Positions 1 to 9,211 of a stretch of DNA of 64,000 nt are shown here, piece by piece. Location: assembly GCA_026461075.1 (NCBI GenBank), contig JAPJNH010000068.1, positions 11,047-75,046 of the forward strand, in the 5' to 3' direction. Both the position numbers and the translations under genes were made by a program. Source of the DNA: Chitinophagales bacterium. Its GTDB lineage: Bacteria > Bacteroidota > Bacteroidia > Chitinophagales > CAIODY01. How positions within the stretch are numbered: the first letter of the stretch is position 1; the number at the start of each line of letters is the position of its first letter. The notes below the pieces were generated by a model. It was not told where the DNA came from, did not search any database, and was given only the letters and a program-made list of their open reading frames with translations.

Positions 1-12
1 TTGATTTGAAAA

Positions 13-1038
13 TCAAAACAACTTCCCTGTCGAAGTTGGAGGGATTTTTCCTTGATGTCTGTATGCCAAATCAGTAGCTTCCCGACCACGTGCAGTTCTA
101 ACTAGATAACCTTCTTGAATAAGGTACGGCTCATAGACTTCCTCAATCGTACCACTCTCCTCGCCCACGGCTGTTGCAAGGGTGTTCAGTCCTACTGGAC
201 CTCCATTAAATTTATCAATAAGGACTGCCAAAATGCGATTATCCATTTCATCTAATCCATGCTCATCGACATTCAATGCATTCAAGCCATAACGAGATAT
301 TTCCAAATCAATTATACCGTTACCTTTTACCTGTGCAAAATCACGAACGCGACGGAGTAAAGCATTAGCAATACGAGGTGTACCACGACTTCTACGCGCT
401 ATTTCAAATGCCCCTTCCTCCTGAATCTCTGTGTTTAAAATATCGGCAGATCGTTTAATAATTTTCTTCAACACCTCTTTGCTATAATAATCCATTCTCG
501 ACATGATACCGAAACGGGAACGCATTGGGGAAGATAATAACCCACTTCTAGTAGTAGCCCCAACTAAGGTAAACGGATTCAAAGCAATTTGAATAGAGCG
601 AGCATTCGGGCCAGATTCAATCATAATGTCAATCTTGAAATCTTCCATCGCACTATATAAATACTCCTCTACCGTGATATTAATTCTATGAATTTCGTCA
701 ATAAAGAGAACGTCGTTGGGTTCTAATGAGGTTAACAGGCCTGCCAAGTCACCCGCTTTTTCGATCACCGGTCCGCTAGTCATCTTAAGATTGACGCCCA
801 TTTCATTGGCTATGATATGCGCGAGGGTTGTTTTACCTAAACCTGGAGGTCCATGTAAAAGACAATGATCCAAAGCTTCGCCACGCATTTTAGCAGCTTT
901 GATAAAAACCAATAGGTTTTCTATAATTTTATCCTGTCCGGCAAAATCATCAAATACCTGAGGACGCAATACTTTTTCAAGGTCGCGATCCCCCTGATGC
1001 ATGTTTTCCTTTTCATTATTCAAAAAATCCTCTCGCAT
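13..1038 (-). CDS. ruvB: Holliday junction branch migration DNA helicase RuvB
   Basis: 341-aa ORF. It has an AAA+ Walker A (GPPGLGKTT), a Walker B (LFIDEIHR) and full-length RuvB-like sequence. The TGA stop is at 13-15. Confidence 0.95.
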   Translation of the reverse strand: MREDFLNNEKENMHQGDRDLEKVLRPQVFDDFAGQDKIIENLLVFIKAAKMRGEALDHCLLHGPPGLGKTTLAHIIANEMGVNLKMTSGPVIEKAGDLAGLLTSLEPNDVLFIDEIHRINITVEEYLYSAMEDFKIDIMIESGPNARSIQIALNPFTLVGATTRSGLLSSPMRSRFGIMSRMDYYSKEVLKKIIKRSADILNTEIQEEGAFEIARRSRGTPRIANALLRRVRDFAQVKGNGIIDLEISRYGLNALNVDEHGLDEMDNRILAVLIDKFNGGPVGLNTLATAVGEESGTIEEVYEPYLIQEGYLVRTARGREATDLAYRHQGKIPPTSTGKLF

Positions 1039-1154
1039 AAGGGCAAAGATGAGAAAATTAGGTCAAGAATGAGGTAAATAATGCAAAAAATAGCAGGAAG
1101 TAATTATTGTATAATTTTCAGGTCAAATAATTGTGAAATATGATTTCCTTTTAT

Positions 1155-1162
1155 TAGCTTTG
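1155..1162 (+). promoter_or_regulatory. Candidate Bacteroidota -7 promoter box (TAGCTTTG) for rpoB
   Basis: Exact match to TAnnTTTG in the 328-bp ruvB/rpoB divergent spacer. It implies a roughly 200-nt rpoB leader. No transcription data. Confidence 0.35.
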
Positions 1163-1366
1163 CAGGCCTTTCTCTAGAGAATTAACAAATTAATGCCCAA
1201 AAACTGGCATCCAACTTATTGAAAATTAGAATAGTCCTTCCTGATTAGACTAACAAAAAGAGTCTAAAAAAGATAGGATGTTTTTTCATTTAAATAAGTT
1301 AAATGCTTGGGATTAAGGAGTTAAAGTGTAAAGGATCCCGTATTAATTAACGATCGTAACCTAATT

Positions 1367-4300
1367 ATGTCGACAAAAAAATCCAAAGAGCGTTTGAGTT
1401 TTGGTAAGATTAAAGCCTTACCGTATCCGGATTTATTAGCAATCCAATTGCAGTCGTTTAAGGACTTCTTCCAATTAGACACCACTTCAGAAAACCGTCG
1501 TGATGAAGGTTTGTACAAGGTGTTTATGGAGAATTTCCCTATTACAGACGCCCGCAACATTTTCAATTTGGAATTCTTGGATTATTTCGTGGATCCACCA
1601 CGTTACTCCATGGACGAATGCGTTGAACGCGGTTTAACGTATAGCGTACCTTTGAAAGCTAAACTTCGTTTGAGCTGTAACGACCCTGAACACATCGATT
1701 TCCAAACAATTGTTCAAGACGTTTTCTTGGGAAATATCCCTTACTTGACTCCAAAAGGAACCTTCATCATCAATGGTGCTGAGCGTGTAGTTGTATCTCA
1801 ATTACATCGTTCTCCTGGTGTGTTCTTCGGACAGTCAGTACACCCGAACGGTACAAAAATTTATTCTGCACGTATCATTCCTTTCAAAGGAGCGTGGATG
1901 GAATTCGCAACGGACATTAACAATGTAATGTCGGCCTATATCGATCGTAAGAAGAAGTTCCCTGTAACTACCCTTCTACGTGCAATGGGTTACGAATCAG
2001 ATAAGCAAATATTGGAATTGTTTGGATTAGCTGAAGAAATTAAAGCTAACAAACAAAACTTGAAAGATGCAGCTGGACGTCGTTTGGCGGCAAGCGTATT
2101 GCGTAGTTGGTTTGAAGATTTCGTTGACGAAGACACCGGAGAAGTAGTTTCTGTAGAACGTACAGAAGTTATCTTGGAACGTGATACTGTTTTGACAGAA
2201 AATGCAATCGATACTATTTTAGAATCAGGCGTCAAGTCTATCATCTTGCAAAAGGATGAAATGACGAACGACTATTCTATAATCTATAATACTTTACAAA
2301 AAGATACTTCTAATACTGAATTAGAAGCGGTTCAACACATCTATCGTCAATTGCGTGGTGCTGATGCTCCAGATGACGAAACAGCACGTGGTATCATTGA
2401 GAAATTATTCTTCAGTGACAAGCGTTATGATTTAGGTGATGTAGGTCGTTACAAAATCAATCAAAAGTTAGGTTTAGATGCTAAAAACGACAGTCGCGTA
2501 TTGTCGAAAAATGACATCATCCTAATCGTTAAATACTTAGTACAATTATCAAACGGTAAGGCAGAAATCGATGATATCGATCACTTGTCAAACCGTCGTG
2601 TACGTACCGTTGGAGAACAATTATATTCTCAATTCGGTGTTGGTTTAGCTCGTATGGCACGTACTATTCGTGAGCGTATGAACGTACGTGATAACGAGGT
2701 ATTCACTCCAGTTGATTTGATTAACGCTCGTACTTTGAGTTCTGTAATCAACTCATTCTTCGGTACCTCTCAATTGTCTCAATTCTTAGATCAAACGAAT
2801 CCATTATCTGAAATTACGCACAAACGCCGTATTTCAGCTCTAGGACCCGGCGGTTTGAGTCGTGAGCGCGCGGGCTTTGAAGTTCGTGACGTACACTACT
2901 CTCACTACGGACGTTTGTGTACCATTGAAACACCAGAAGGACCAAACATCGGTTTGATCTCTACTTTGTGTGTGCACGCAAAAATCAACGAGAAAGGATT
3001 TATCGAAACTCCTTATCGTAAGGTAGATAACAGCAAGGTTAACTTAAATGATCGTTTAGTAGAATTCCTAAGCGCTGACGATGAGGATAACAAGATTATC
3101 GCACAAAGTAATGTGGAGGTGGATGATAAAGGTTCATTCTTAGAAAATCGCGTTAAGTGTCGTCAACACGGGGAATTCCCGGTATTGGCTCCAGAAGAAA
3201 TCGAATACATGGACGTTGCACCTAACCAGATTGTGGGTGTGTCCGCTTCATTGATTCCGTTCCTTGAACATGATGATGCGAACCGTGCCTTAATGGGATC
3301 GAACATGCAACGTCAAGCTGTTCCATTAATGCGTCCGCAAGCTCCTATCGTAGGTACGGGCTTAGAAGCAAAAGTGGCTATCGACTCTCGTATGTTGATC
3401 AACGCAGAAGGAAAAGGTGTTGTTGAATATGTTGACGCAAATGAAATTCATGTTCGTTACGAACGTACGGACGAAGATCGTATCATTTCTTTCGCAGACG
3501 ATGTTACTGTATACAATTTGTTGAAATTCCGTAAAACGAACCAATCTACTTGTATCAACTTGAAGCCTATCGTTAAGAAAGGTGAAAAAGTGGTTCCTGG
3601 TCAAGTATTGTGTGAAGGTTACGCTACAGAAAACGGAGAATTGGCCTTGGGTACTAACTTGAAAGTGGCGTTCATGCCATGGAAAGGTTACAACTTCGAG
3701 GACGCGATTGTAATCAGTGAGCGTGTATTGCGTGAAGATTTGTTCACGTCTATTCACGTTGATGAATACGAATTAGAAGTTCGTGACACTAAATTAGGTG
3801 AAGAAGAATTAACGAATGATATTCCTAACGTAGCAGAAGAAGCTACTAAAGATTTGGACGAACACGGTATCATCCGCGTTGGTGCTGAAGTGAAAGAAGG
3901 TGATATCATGGTTGGTAAAATCACTCCTAAAGGTGAAACAGATCCAACTCCAGAAGAAAAGTTATTACGTGCAATCTTCGGCGATAAAGCTGGTGACGTA
4001 AAAGATGCTTCTTTGAAAGTATCTCCTTCTATCGAAGGTACCGTTATCGATACGAAATTATTCGCTCGTGCTCGTAAAGACAAAGCTTCAAAAGTTAAAG
4101 AAAAAGCAGCTCTTGAGAAATTAGAGACTGTTTACAATAAGAACTTACGTATGTTGAAGGATGTATTAATTGAAAAATTAATGCAGTTGTTGAAAGACAA
4201 AACTTCTAAAGGCGTTAAGAATCTTTATAATGAAGAATTGATTGCTAAAGGATCTAAGTTTACTGCGAAGAACCTTGATATCAATTACGATCAAATTGAT

Positions 4301-5170
4301 TCTAACAACTGGACTAACGACGATGATACAAATATCTTAGTAAAACGTTTGTTGCATAACTTCAGCATTCGTCATAACGAAGAAAGTGGTCGTTACAAGC
4401 GTGAGAAATTCAACATTACTATCGGTGATGAATTACCAGCTGGTGTTATCAAATTAGCGAAAGTATACTTAGCTAAAAAACGTAAATTACGTGTAGGTGA
4501 TAAATTAGCGGGTCGTCACGGTAACAAAGGTATCGTAGCGAAAATCGTTCGTGACGAGGATATGCCTTTCTTGGAAGATGGAACTCCAGTAGATATCGTA
4601 TTGAATCCACTAGGTGTACCTTCTCGTATGAACCTTGGTCAGATCTATGAATCAGTATTAGGTTGGGCAGGTTTAGTAAGCGGTAAGAAATTCGGTACTC
4701 CTATCTTTGATGGTGCAACTATCGAAGAAATCGAGGCAGAAATCGAAGCTTCTGGCTTACCACACCTTGGTCAAACTTACTTGTATGACGGAGAAACCGG
4801 TGAACGTTTCCACCAAAAAGGAACTGTCGGTGTTATCTACATGCTTAAGTTGAACCACATGGTTGACGATAAGATGCACGCACGTTCTATCGGACCTTAC
4901 AGTTTAATTACGCAACAGCCATTAGGTGGTAAAGCACAATTTGGTGGTCAGCGTTTTGGTGAAATGGAGGTTTGGGCATTAGAGGCTTATGGCGCATCTA
5001 ATATCTTACAGGAATTATTGACTGTTAAATCGGATGATATCATCGGCCGTGCTAAGACTTACGAAGCAATCGTTAAAGGAGACAATATCCCTAAACCAGG
5101 TATTCCTGAATCCTTCAATGTATTGATGCATGAATTAAGAGGTCTTGCTCTTGATTTGAAATTTGAATAA
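1367..5170 (+). CDS. rpoB: DNA-directed RNA polymerase subunit beta
   Basis: 1267-aa ORF with canonical RpoB blocks ([58 protein letters not shown]). The length and C-terminus are typical of Bacteroidota RpoB. Confidence 0.97.
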   Translation: MSTKKSKERLSFGKIKALPYPDLLAIQLQSFKDFFQLDTTSENRRDEGLYKVFMENFPITDARNIFNLEFLDYFVDPPRYSMDECVERGLTYSVPLKAKLRLSCNDPEHIDFQTIVQDVFLGNIPYLTPKGTFIINGAERVVVSQLHRSPGVFFGQSVHPNGTKIYSARIIPFKGAWMEFATDINNVMSAYIDRKKKFPVTTLLRAMGYESDKQILELFGLAEEIKANKQNLKDAAGRRLAASVLRSWFEDFVDEDTGEVVSVERTEVILERDTVLTENAIDTILESGVKSIILQKDEMTNDYSIIYNTLQKDTSNTELEAVQHIYRQLRGADAPDDETARGIIEKLFFSDKRYDLGDVGRYKINQKLGLDAKNDSRVLSKNDIILIVKYLVQLSNGKAEIDDIDHLSNRRVRTVGEQLYSQFGVGLARMARTIRERMNVRDNEVFTPVDLINARTLSSVINSFFGTSQLSQFLDQTNPLSEITHKRRISALGPGGLSRERAGFEVRDVHYSHYGRLCTIETPEGPNIGLISTLCVHAKINEKGFIETPYRKVDNSKVNLNDRLVEFLSADDEDNKIIAQSNVEVDDKGSFLENRVKCRQHGEFPVLAPEEIEYMDVAPNQIVGVSASLIPFLEHDDANRALMGSNMQRQAVPLMRPQAPIVGTGLEAKVAIDSRMLINAEGKGVVEYVDANEIHVRYERTDEDRIISFADDVTVYNLLKFRKTNQSTCINLKPIVKKGEKVVPGQVLCEGYATENGELALGTNLKVAFMPWKGYNFEDAIVISERVLREDLFTSIHVDEYELEVRDTKLGEEELTNDIPNVAEEATKDLDEHGIIRVGAEVKEGDIMVGKITPKGETDPTPEEKLLRAIFGDKAGDVKDASLKVSPSIEGTVIDTKLFARARKDKASKVKEKAALEKLETVYNKNLRMLKDVLIEKLMQLLKDKTSKGVKNLYNEELIAKGSKFTAKNLDINYDQIDSNNWTNDDDTNILVKRLLHNFSIRHNEESGRYKREKFNITIGDELPAGVIKLAKVYLAKKRKLRVGDKLAGRHGNKGIVAKIVRDEDMPFLEDGTPVDIVLNPLGVPSRMNLGQIYESVLGWAGLVSGKKFGTPIFDGATIEEIEAEIEASGLPHLGQTYLYDGETGERFHQKGTVGVIYMLKLNHMVDDKMHARSIGPYSLITQQPLGGKAQFGGQRFGEMEVWALEAYGASNILQELLTVKSDDIIGRAKTYEAIVKGDNIPKPGIPESFNVLMHELRGLALDLKFE

Positions 5171-5186
5171 TCTATTTCAGATACAC

Positions 5187-5222
5187 AAAAAATCCCGCTT
5201 CGAAAGATGCGGGATTTTTTTT
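5187..5222 (+). terminator. Rho-independent terminator downstream of rpoB
   Basis: The stem ATCCCGC (5192-5198) pairs with GCGGGAT (5209-5215). It is flanked by an A-run and followed by an 8-nt T-run, 17 nt after the rpoB stop. Confidence 0.8.
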
Positions 5223-5316
5223 ATGTCAACTCAATAACAATAGATACAGCTAAAAATCAAGGAATTACAGCATATTGCTAAAGTTTTACTTAAAGCTAAT
5301 GCAAATAGTATAGACA

Positions 5317-5345
5317 TAAAAAAAGCCCACCAAATGGTGAGCTTT
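5317..5345 (-). terminator. Rho-independent terminator downstream of rpoZ
   Basis: On the minus strand, AGCTCACC pairs with GGTGGGCT (one G-U pair) around a 4-nt loop, followed by a T-run. It lies about 20 nt after the rpoZ stop. Confidence 0.7.
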
Positions 5346-5366
5346 CAATATTATTAATTTAGCGAA

Positions 5367-5693
5367 TTATTGTTCGCGAGTAGGATTACGGCTATAAACC
5401 TTACCATCCATATATTCTTGCGTAGCAATCAATGTCGGACTAGGCATTTTTTCATAATAACGGCTGATTTCGATCTGCTCACGATTCTCATGAATCTCTT
5501 CTAAGTTATCTGTAGAAGAAGCGAACTCAGACAATTTGTTATGCAATTCTTCTTTCAATGAAGAAGAAATTTGATTAGAACGCTTTGCCAATACAGCAAC
5601 AGCTTCGTAGATGTTTCCGGTTTTCTCTTTCAACGTAGCTAATGAACGTGCTTCAATTGAGTTTGAAGTACCTGGAGCAATCTTTTTAGTCAT
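5367..5693 (-). CDS. rpoZ: DNA-directed RNA polymerase subunit omega (Bacteroidota long form)
   Basis: 108-aa ORF. The core NIYEAVAVLAKRSNQI resembles the omega signature helix. It sits 3 nt after bamD, the usual bamD-rpoZ pairing in this phylum. Confidence 0.75.
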   Translation of the reverse strand: MTKKIAPGTSNSIEARSLATLKEKTGNIYEAVAVLAKRSNQISSSLKEELHNKLSEFASSTDNLEEIHENREQIEISRYYEKMPSPTLIATQEYMDGKVYSRNPTREQ

Positions 5694-5696
5694 ATA

Positions 5697-6518
5697 TCAG
5701 GATTTATTTGAGCTTTTAATTTTCTCCAATTCCGCTCTAGATCTTTCATAAATCTTCTGCGCTTGAGGAGCATACTTAGAACTTGCAAATCTATCAATAA
5801 AATTCGAATAATTTGCAATTGTTTCTTCTAAACGTTCACTTTTTTTCGTTGGTATACTTTGCATAGCCAACTCAAAATTGGATTTAACTATTAAGAACTG
5901 CACATAATCCGCTTCTTTGCTGTCTGGGAATTCCTTTAAGGTGTTTTTTAATGCCACCATCGCCGCTTTATAATCACCAATATTGTAATATAACTCTGCT
6001 CCCCTAACCGACTTCAATTCAAGTTTGGCTCTTAGCTTATCTATAATCTCATTAGCTTCCGTTACACGCTCGCTTTCAGGATGATTATTAATAAACAATT
6101 GCATTTCATCAATTGCCTTGTAAGTATCCGTTTGATCTAACTCAAACTCTGGCGAAAGTAAATAGTAGCAATACGCCGACATATATTCGCACTCTGCCGC
6201 TTTTTCAAAATTTGGATAGTTAGAGGAAATATAATTAAAATGGTATGCCGCCATATAATAGTTTTGATTACCAAACTGCGCATAGGCATAATAGTAATAC
6301 AATTCCTCAAAATTCTTGGTACCTCGTAAAGAAGCTAATACTTCTTCAAATAAAGTAATGGCTTTATCGTATTCTTCCTTGTTGTAGTATTCTTTTCCCT
6401 TAGCCATTTTGTAGTTAAGGTCGCTACTCTTTAAAACCTTTTGATAAGGATCACAGGCCCCAAAAATAAAGGCAAATGCGAGAAATAATCCGAAATAAAA
6501 TGCACGAATACGAAGCAT
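5697..6518 (-). CDS. bamD: Outer membrane protein assembly factor BamD (TPR-like lipoprotein)
   Basis: Lipoprotein signal with a lipobox (LAFAFIFGAC), followed by Tyr-rich TPR-like helices typical of BamD/YfiO. I prefer the start at MLRIRAF (6518); the ORF-track start at 6572 adds 18 aa upstream of the signal peptide. Confidence 0.8.
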   Translation of the reverse strand: MLRIRAFYFGLFLAFAFIFGACDPYQKVLKSSDLNYKMAKGKEYYNKEEYDKAITLFEEVLASLRGTKNFEELYYYYAYAQFGNQNYYMAAYHFNYISSNYPNFEKAAECEYMSAYCYYLLSPEFELDQTDTYKAIDEMQLFINNHPESERVTEANEIIDKLRAKLELKSVRGAELYYNIGDYKAAMVALKNTLKEFPDSKEADYVQFLIVKSNFELAMQSIPTKKSERLEETIANYSNFIDRFASSKYAPQAQKIYERSRAELEKIKSSNKS

Positions 6519-6584
6519 GAAAGCAAAGATAAATAAATCGCCCAAATAATAATGAAAAAGCATAAGCATCAATGTGAAATGCTG

Positions 6585-6592
6585 TACATTTG
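6585..6592 (+). promoter_or_regulatory. Candidate -7 promoter box (TACATTTG) for murF-alr
   Basis: Exact TAnnTTTG match 21 nt upstream of the ATG at 6614. Confidence 0.35.
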
Positions 6593-6613
6593 TGCACCTT
6601 GAAGAACAAATGA

Positions 6614-9139
6614 ATGGTGTACACGATTAACGAAATTTTTAGCATTACCCGTGGTACCCTCCTGAAAGTAAGTCATACAGGTGGGATTAGCAAGCTTTTA
6701 CTCGATAGCAGAAAACTAAGTAATGCCTACGAAACTTTATTTATCGCCATCAAAGGAAAACGAAATGATGGCCATTCCTATATAGAAGAACTCTATAAAA
6801 AAGGGGTTCGTAATTTCATAGTAGAACACTCCCCTAACCTTATTTTATTTCCTGACGCGAACTTCATTCAAGTAAAGGATAGTATTGTGGCAATGCAACA
6901 AATTGCTGCATTCCATAGACAACGTTTCAAATATCCTGTGGTAGGCATCACTGGCAGTAATGGTAAAACCATTGTAAAAGAGTGGCTATATCAATTACTG
7001 AATACCACTTGCCATGTGGTCAAAAGTCCAAAAAGTTATAATAGTCAAATCGGTGTTCCATTAAGTGTTTGGAACATGAGCGAACAACACGAAATTGGTG
7101 TTTTTGAGGCCGGCATTTCGCAACCGAATGAAATGGATAAATTGGAGCGTATCCTTAAACCTAATGTAGGGATATTCACGAATATTGGTCAAGCCCACGA
7201 CAGTGGCTTCTTGAATATACGCCAAAAGATCAATGAAAAATTGCAACTATTCGCCTTTTCAGAATATGTGGTGTATTGCCATGATCATTCAGAATTGAAT
7301 AATGCAATTCTCAATTTCAAAGCAAAGATTGTAAACGATGATTCTGATAATCGCTTTAAGCTATTCTCTTGGTCGATGCAAGAAAGCTCTGAAGCGAATC
7401 TTAAAATCACCAAGGTAATTCGTAATAACGGATTCACACAAATAGAAGGTCATTATCAAGGAACTAGTTCTTTTATAGAAATTCCGTTTACTGATCAGGC
7501 ATCGATTGAAAATGCGATTAATTGCTGGGCAGCGCTTATTGTCCTGAATAAGGTCAATGCGGCTGTGATTCAACAATTCAAGCATTTGTCTGCCGTGAGT
7601 ATGCGTTTGGAATTAAAAGAAGGGAATAACAATTGTAGCTTAATTAATGATAGTTATAGCAATGATATTTCATCTTTAATCATCGCGATTGAGTTTTTAC
7701 AGCAACAGCAATTAAAGCCTAAAAAGACTTTAATTTTAAGTGATATCCTGGAAAGCGGAAAGAATGAATTTGAATTGTATGAAGAAGTAGTTGCCATCAT
7801 TCAGCGATTTAAAATTGCTAAGTTTATTGGCATTGGTAAATCCTTAAAAAGACAGCAAAAGCAATTTGAACCTTTGGAAAATATCGAGCTGTTCTTCTAT
7901 GAAGACACCGCGAGTTTCCTATCGACTCATCCATTTGACACTTTTCAGGACGAGGCTATATTATTAAAAGGCGCACGTGTTTATGCCTTTGAAAGAATCA
8001 GTGCACTATTTGAAAAGAAGGCACATGAAACAGTGCTAGAAGTCAATTTGAGCGCCATTAATCACAACCTAGCGATCTACCGTAAGCAATTACCAACTAA
8101 AACGAAAGTGATGGCCATGGTAAAAGCCTTTAGTTATGGTTCGGGCAGCTATGAAATCGCGAAGCAACTTGAAAATAATCAAATCGATTACCTTGCGGTA
8201 GCTTATGCCGATGAAGGCGTAGAACTCCGTCAGGCAGGTATCACTACCCCAATTATGGTGATGTGCCCAGAGCGTAATAGCTTTGATACCATCATTAAAA
8301 ACAATTTAGAACCCGAAATATACTCTATTGAAATTCTACAAGAATTGTTGAATCAAATCGAGTTGTATTATACTGAATCCGTTCATTTACCAATACGAAT
8401 ACATCTTGAATTAGAAACAGGGATGAATCGTTTAGGCTTTGATGTTCACCAACTTGAAGCATTAGCAAATATATTACAGACACATGCTTCGCAAATAAAA
8501 GTTGCCTCTATTTTTTCTCATTTGGCGGCCTCTGAATCAGCTGATTTTGATGCTTTCACAAAAGAGCAAATCGCACGCTTTGAAAGCATGAGTAGCTTCA
8601 TCCTGCAACATTGCCCTTATCCGGTTTTACGTCATATTCTGAATAGTGGCGGAATTGTTCGTCATCCTGAGGCTGTATATGATATGGTAAGATTGGGAAT
8701 TGGTTTATATGGTTCGGATAGTTCAAATAAAATTCAAAATGAATTGGAGGTGGTGAGCACATTAAAGTCGACCATTCTTCAAATAAAGGAAATTAGTCCG
8801 AACGATACCGTTGGGTATAGTAGAAAGGGACAGCTTAAAACAGGAAGTAAAATTGCTACGATTGGATTAGGCTATGCAGATGGTTTGCATCGCAAATTGG
8901 GTAACGGCGTTGGCAAAATGGAATTACATGGCCAATTAGTAGCCATTGTTGGATCCATTTGCATGGATATGTGCATGCTGGACATTAGCAACATTCCGAA
9001 TGCTAAGGTGGGTGACGAAGTGGTAGTTTTCGGTAAAAACCCAAGCATTCAACAACTCGCTGAATGGGAAGGCACTATTCCGTATGAAATACTGACTAAT
9101 ATTTCTAAACGTGTTAAGCGCGTTTATTTTGAAGAATAA
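6614..9139 (+). CDS. murF-alr: Bifunctional UDP-MurNAc-tripeptide:D-Ala-D-Ala ligase (MurF) / alanine racemase
   Basis: 841-aa ORF. The N-terminal half has the Mur ligase P-loop (GITGSNGKT). The C-terminal half has the alanine racemase PLP-lysine region (MAMVKAFSYGSG) and the terminal ICMDMCMLD block. Confidence 0.9.
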   Translation: MVYTINEIFSITRGTLLKVSHTGGISKLLLDSRKLSNAYETLFIAIKGKRNDGHSYIEELYKKGVRNFIVEHSPNLILFPDANFIQVKDSIVAMQQIAAFHRQRFKYPVVGITGSNGKTIVKEWLYQLLNTTCHVVKSPKSYNSQIGVPLSVWNMSEQHEIGVFEAGISQPNEMDKLERILKPNVGIFTNIGQAHDSGFLNIRQKINEKLQLFAFSEYVVYCHDHSELNNAILNFKAKIVNDDSDNRFKLFSWSMQESSEANLKITKVIRNNGFTQIEGHYQGTSSFIEIPFTDQASIENAINCWAALIVLNKVNAAVIQQFKHLSAVSMRLELKEGNNNCSLINDSYSNDISSLIIAIEFLQQQQLKPKKTLILSDILESGKNEFELYEEVVAIIQRFKIAKFIGIGKSLKRQQKQFEPLENIELFFYEDTASFLSTHPFDTFQDEAILLKGARVYAFERISALFEKKAHETVLEVNLSAINHNLAIYRKQLPTKTKVMAMVKAFSYGSGSYEIAKQLENNQIDYLAVAYADEGVELRQAGITTPIMVMCPERNSFDTIIKNNLEPEIYSIEILQELLNQIELYYTESVHLPIRIHLELETGMNRLGFDVHQLEALANILQTHASQIKVASIFSHLAASESADFDAFTKEQIARFESMSSFILQHCPYPVLRHILNSGGIVRHPEAVYDMVRLGIGLYGSDSSNKIQNELEVVSTLKSTILQIKEISPNDTVGYSRKGQLKTGSKIATIGLGYADGLHRKLGNGVGKMELHGQLVAIVGSICMDMCMLDISNIPNAKVGDEVVVFGKNPSIQQLAEWEGTIPYEILTNISKRVKRVYFEE

Positions 9140-9156
9140 AAGCAAATTAACCCCAA

Positions 9157-9194
9157 TAAAAAAAGCCCTCCTTGATATTTCAAAGAGGGCTTTT
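9157..9194. terminator. Bidirectional intrinsic terminator between convergent murF-alr and hppA
   Basis: GCCCTCCTT pairs with AAAGAGGGC to form a hairpin with an A-run on one side and a T-run on the other. Confidence 0.75.
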
Positions 9195-9211
9195 CTATTA
9201 AAGTTCTAAAA

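Noticed and set aside
1321-1566. An 81-aa minus-strand ORF spans the rpoB start.
   Set aside because: It overlaps the conserved rpoB N-terminus in antisense and has no supporting signals.
1990-4083. Minus-strand ORFs of 84, 131 and 109 aa (1990-2244, 3362-3757, 3754-4083) lie inside rpoB.
   Set aside because: They are entirely antisense to a highly conserved, clearly genuine CDS. Their sequences are low-complexity with no recognisable motifs, promoter box or terminator, as expected for shadow ORFs.
5221-5319. A 7-nt inverted repeat, TTATGTC ... GACATAA, flanks an 85-nt AT-rich spacer between the rpoB and rpoZ terminators, raising the question of a possible sRNA or miniature element.
   Set aside because: The repeats are short, AT-rich and partly overlap the terminators' T- and A-runs. 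I could support no promoter box, stable internal structure or coding potential.
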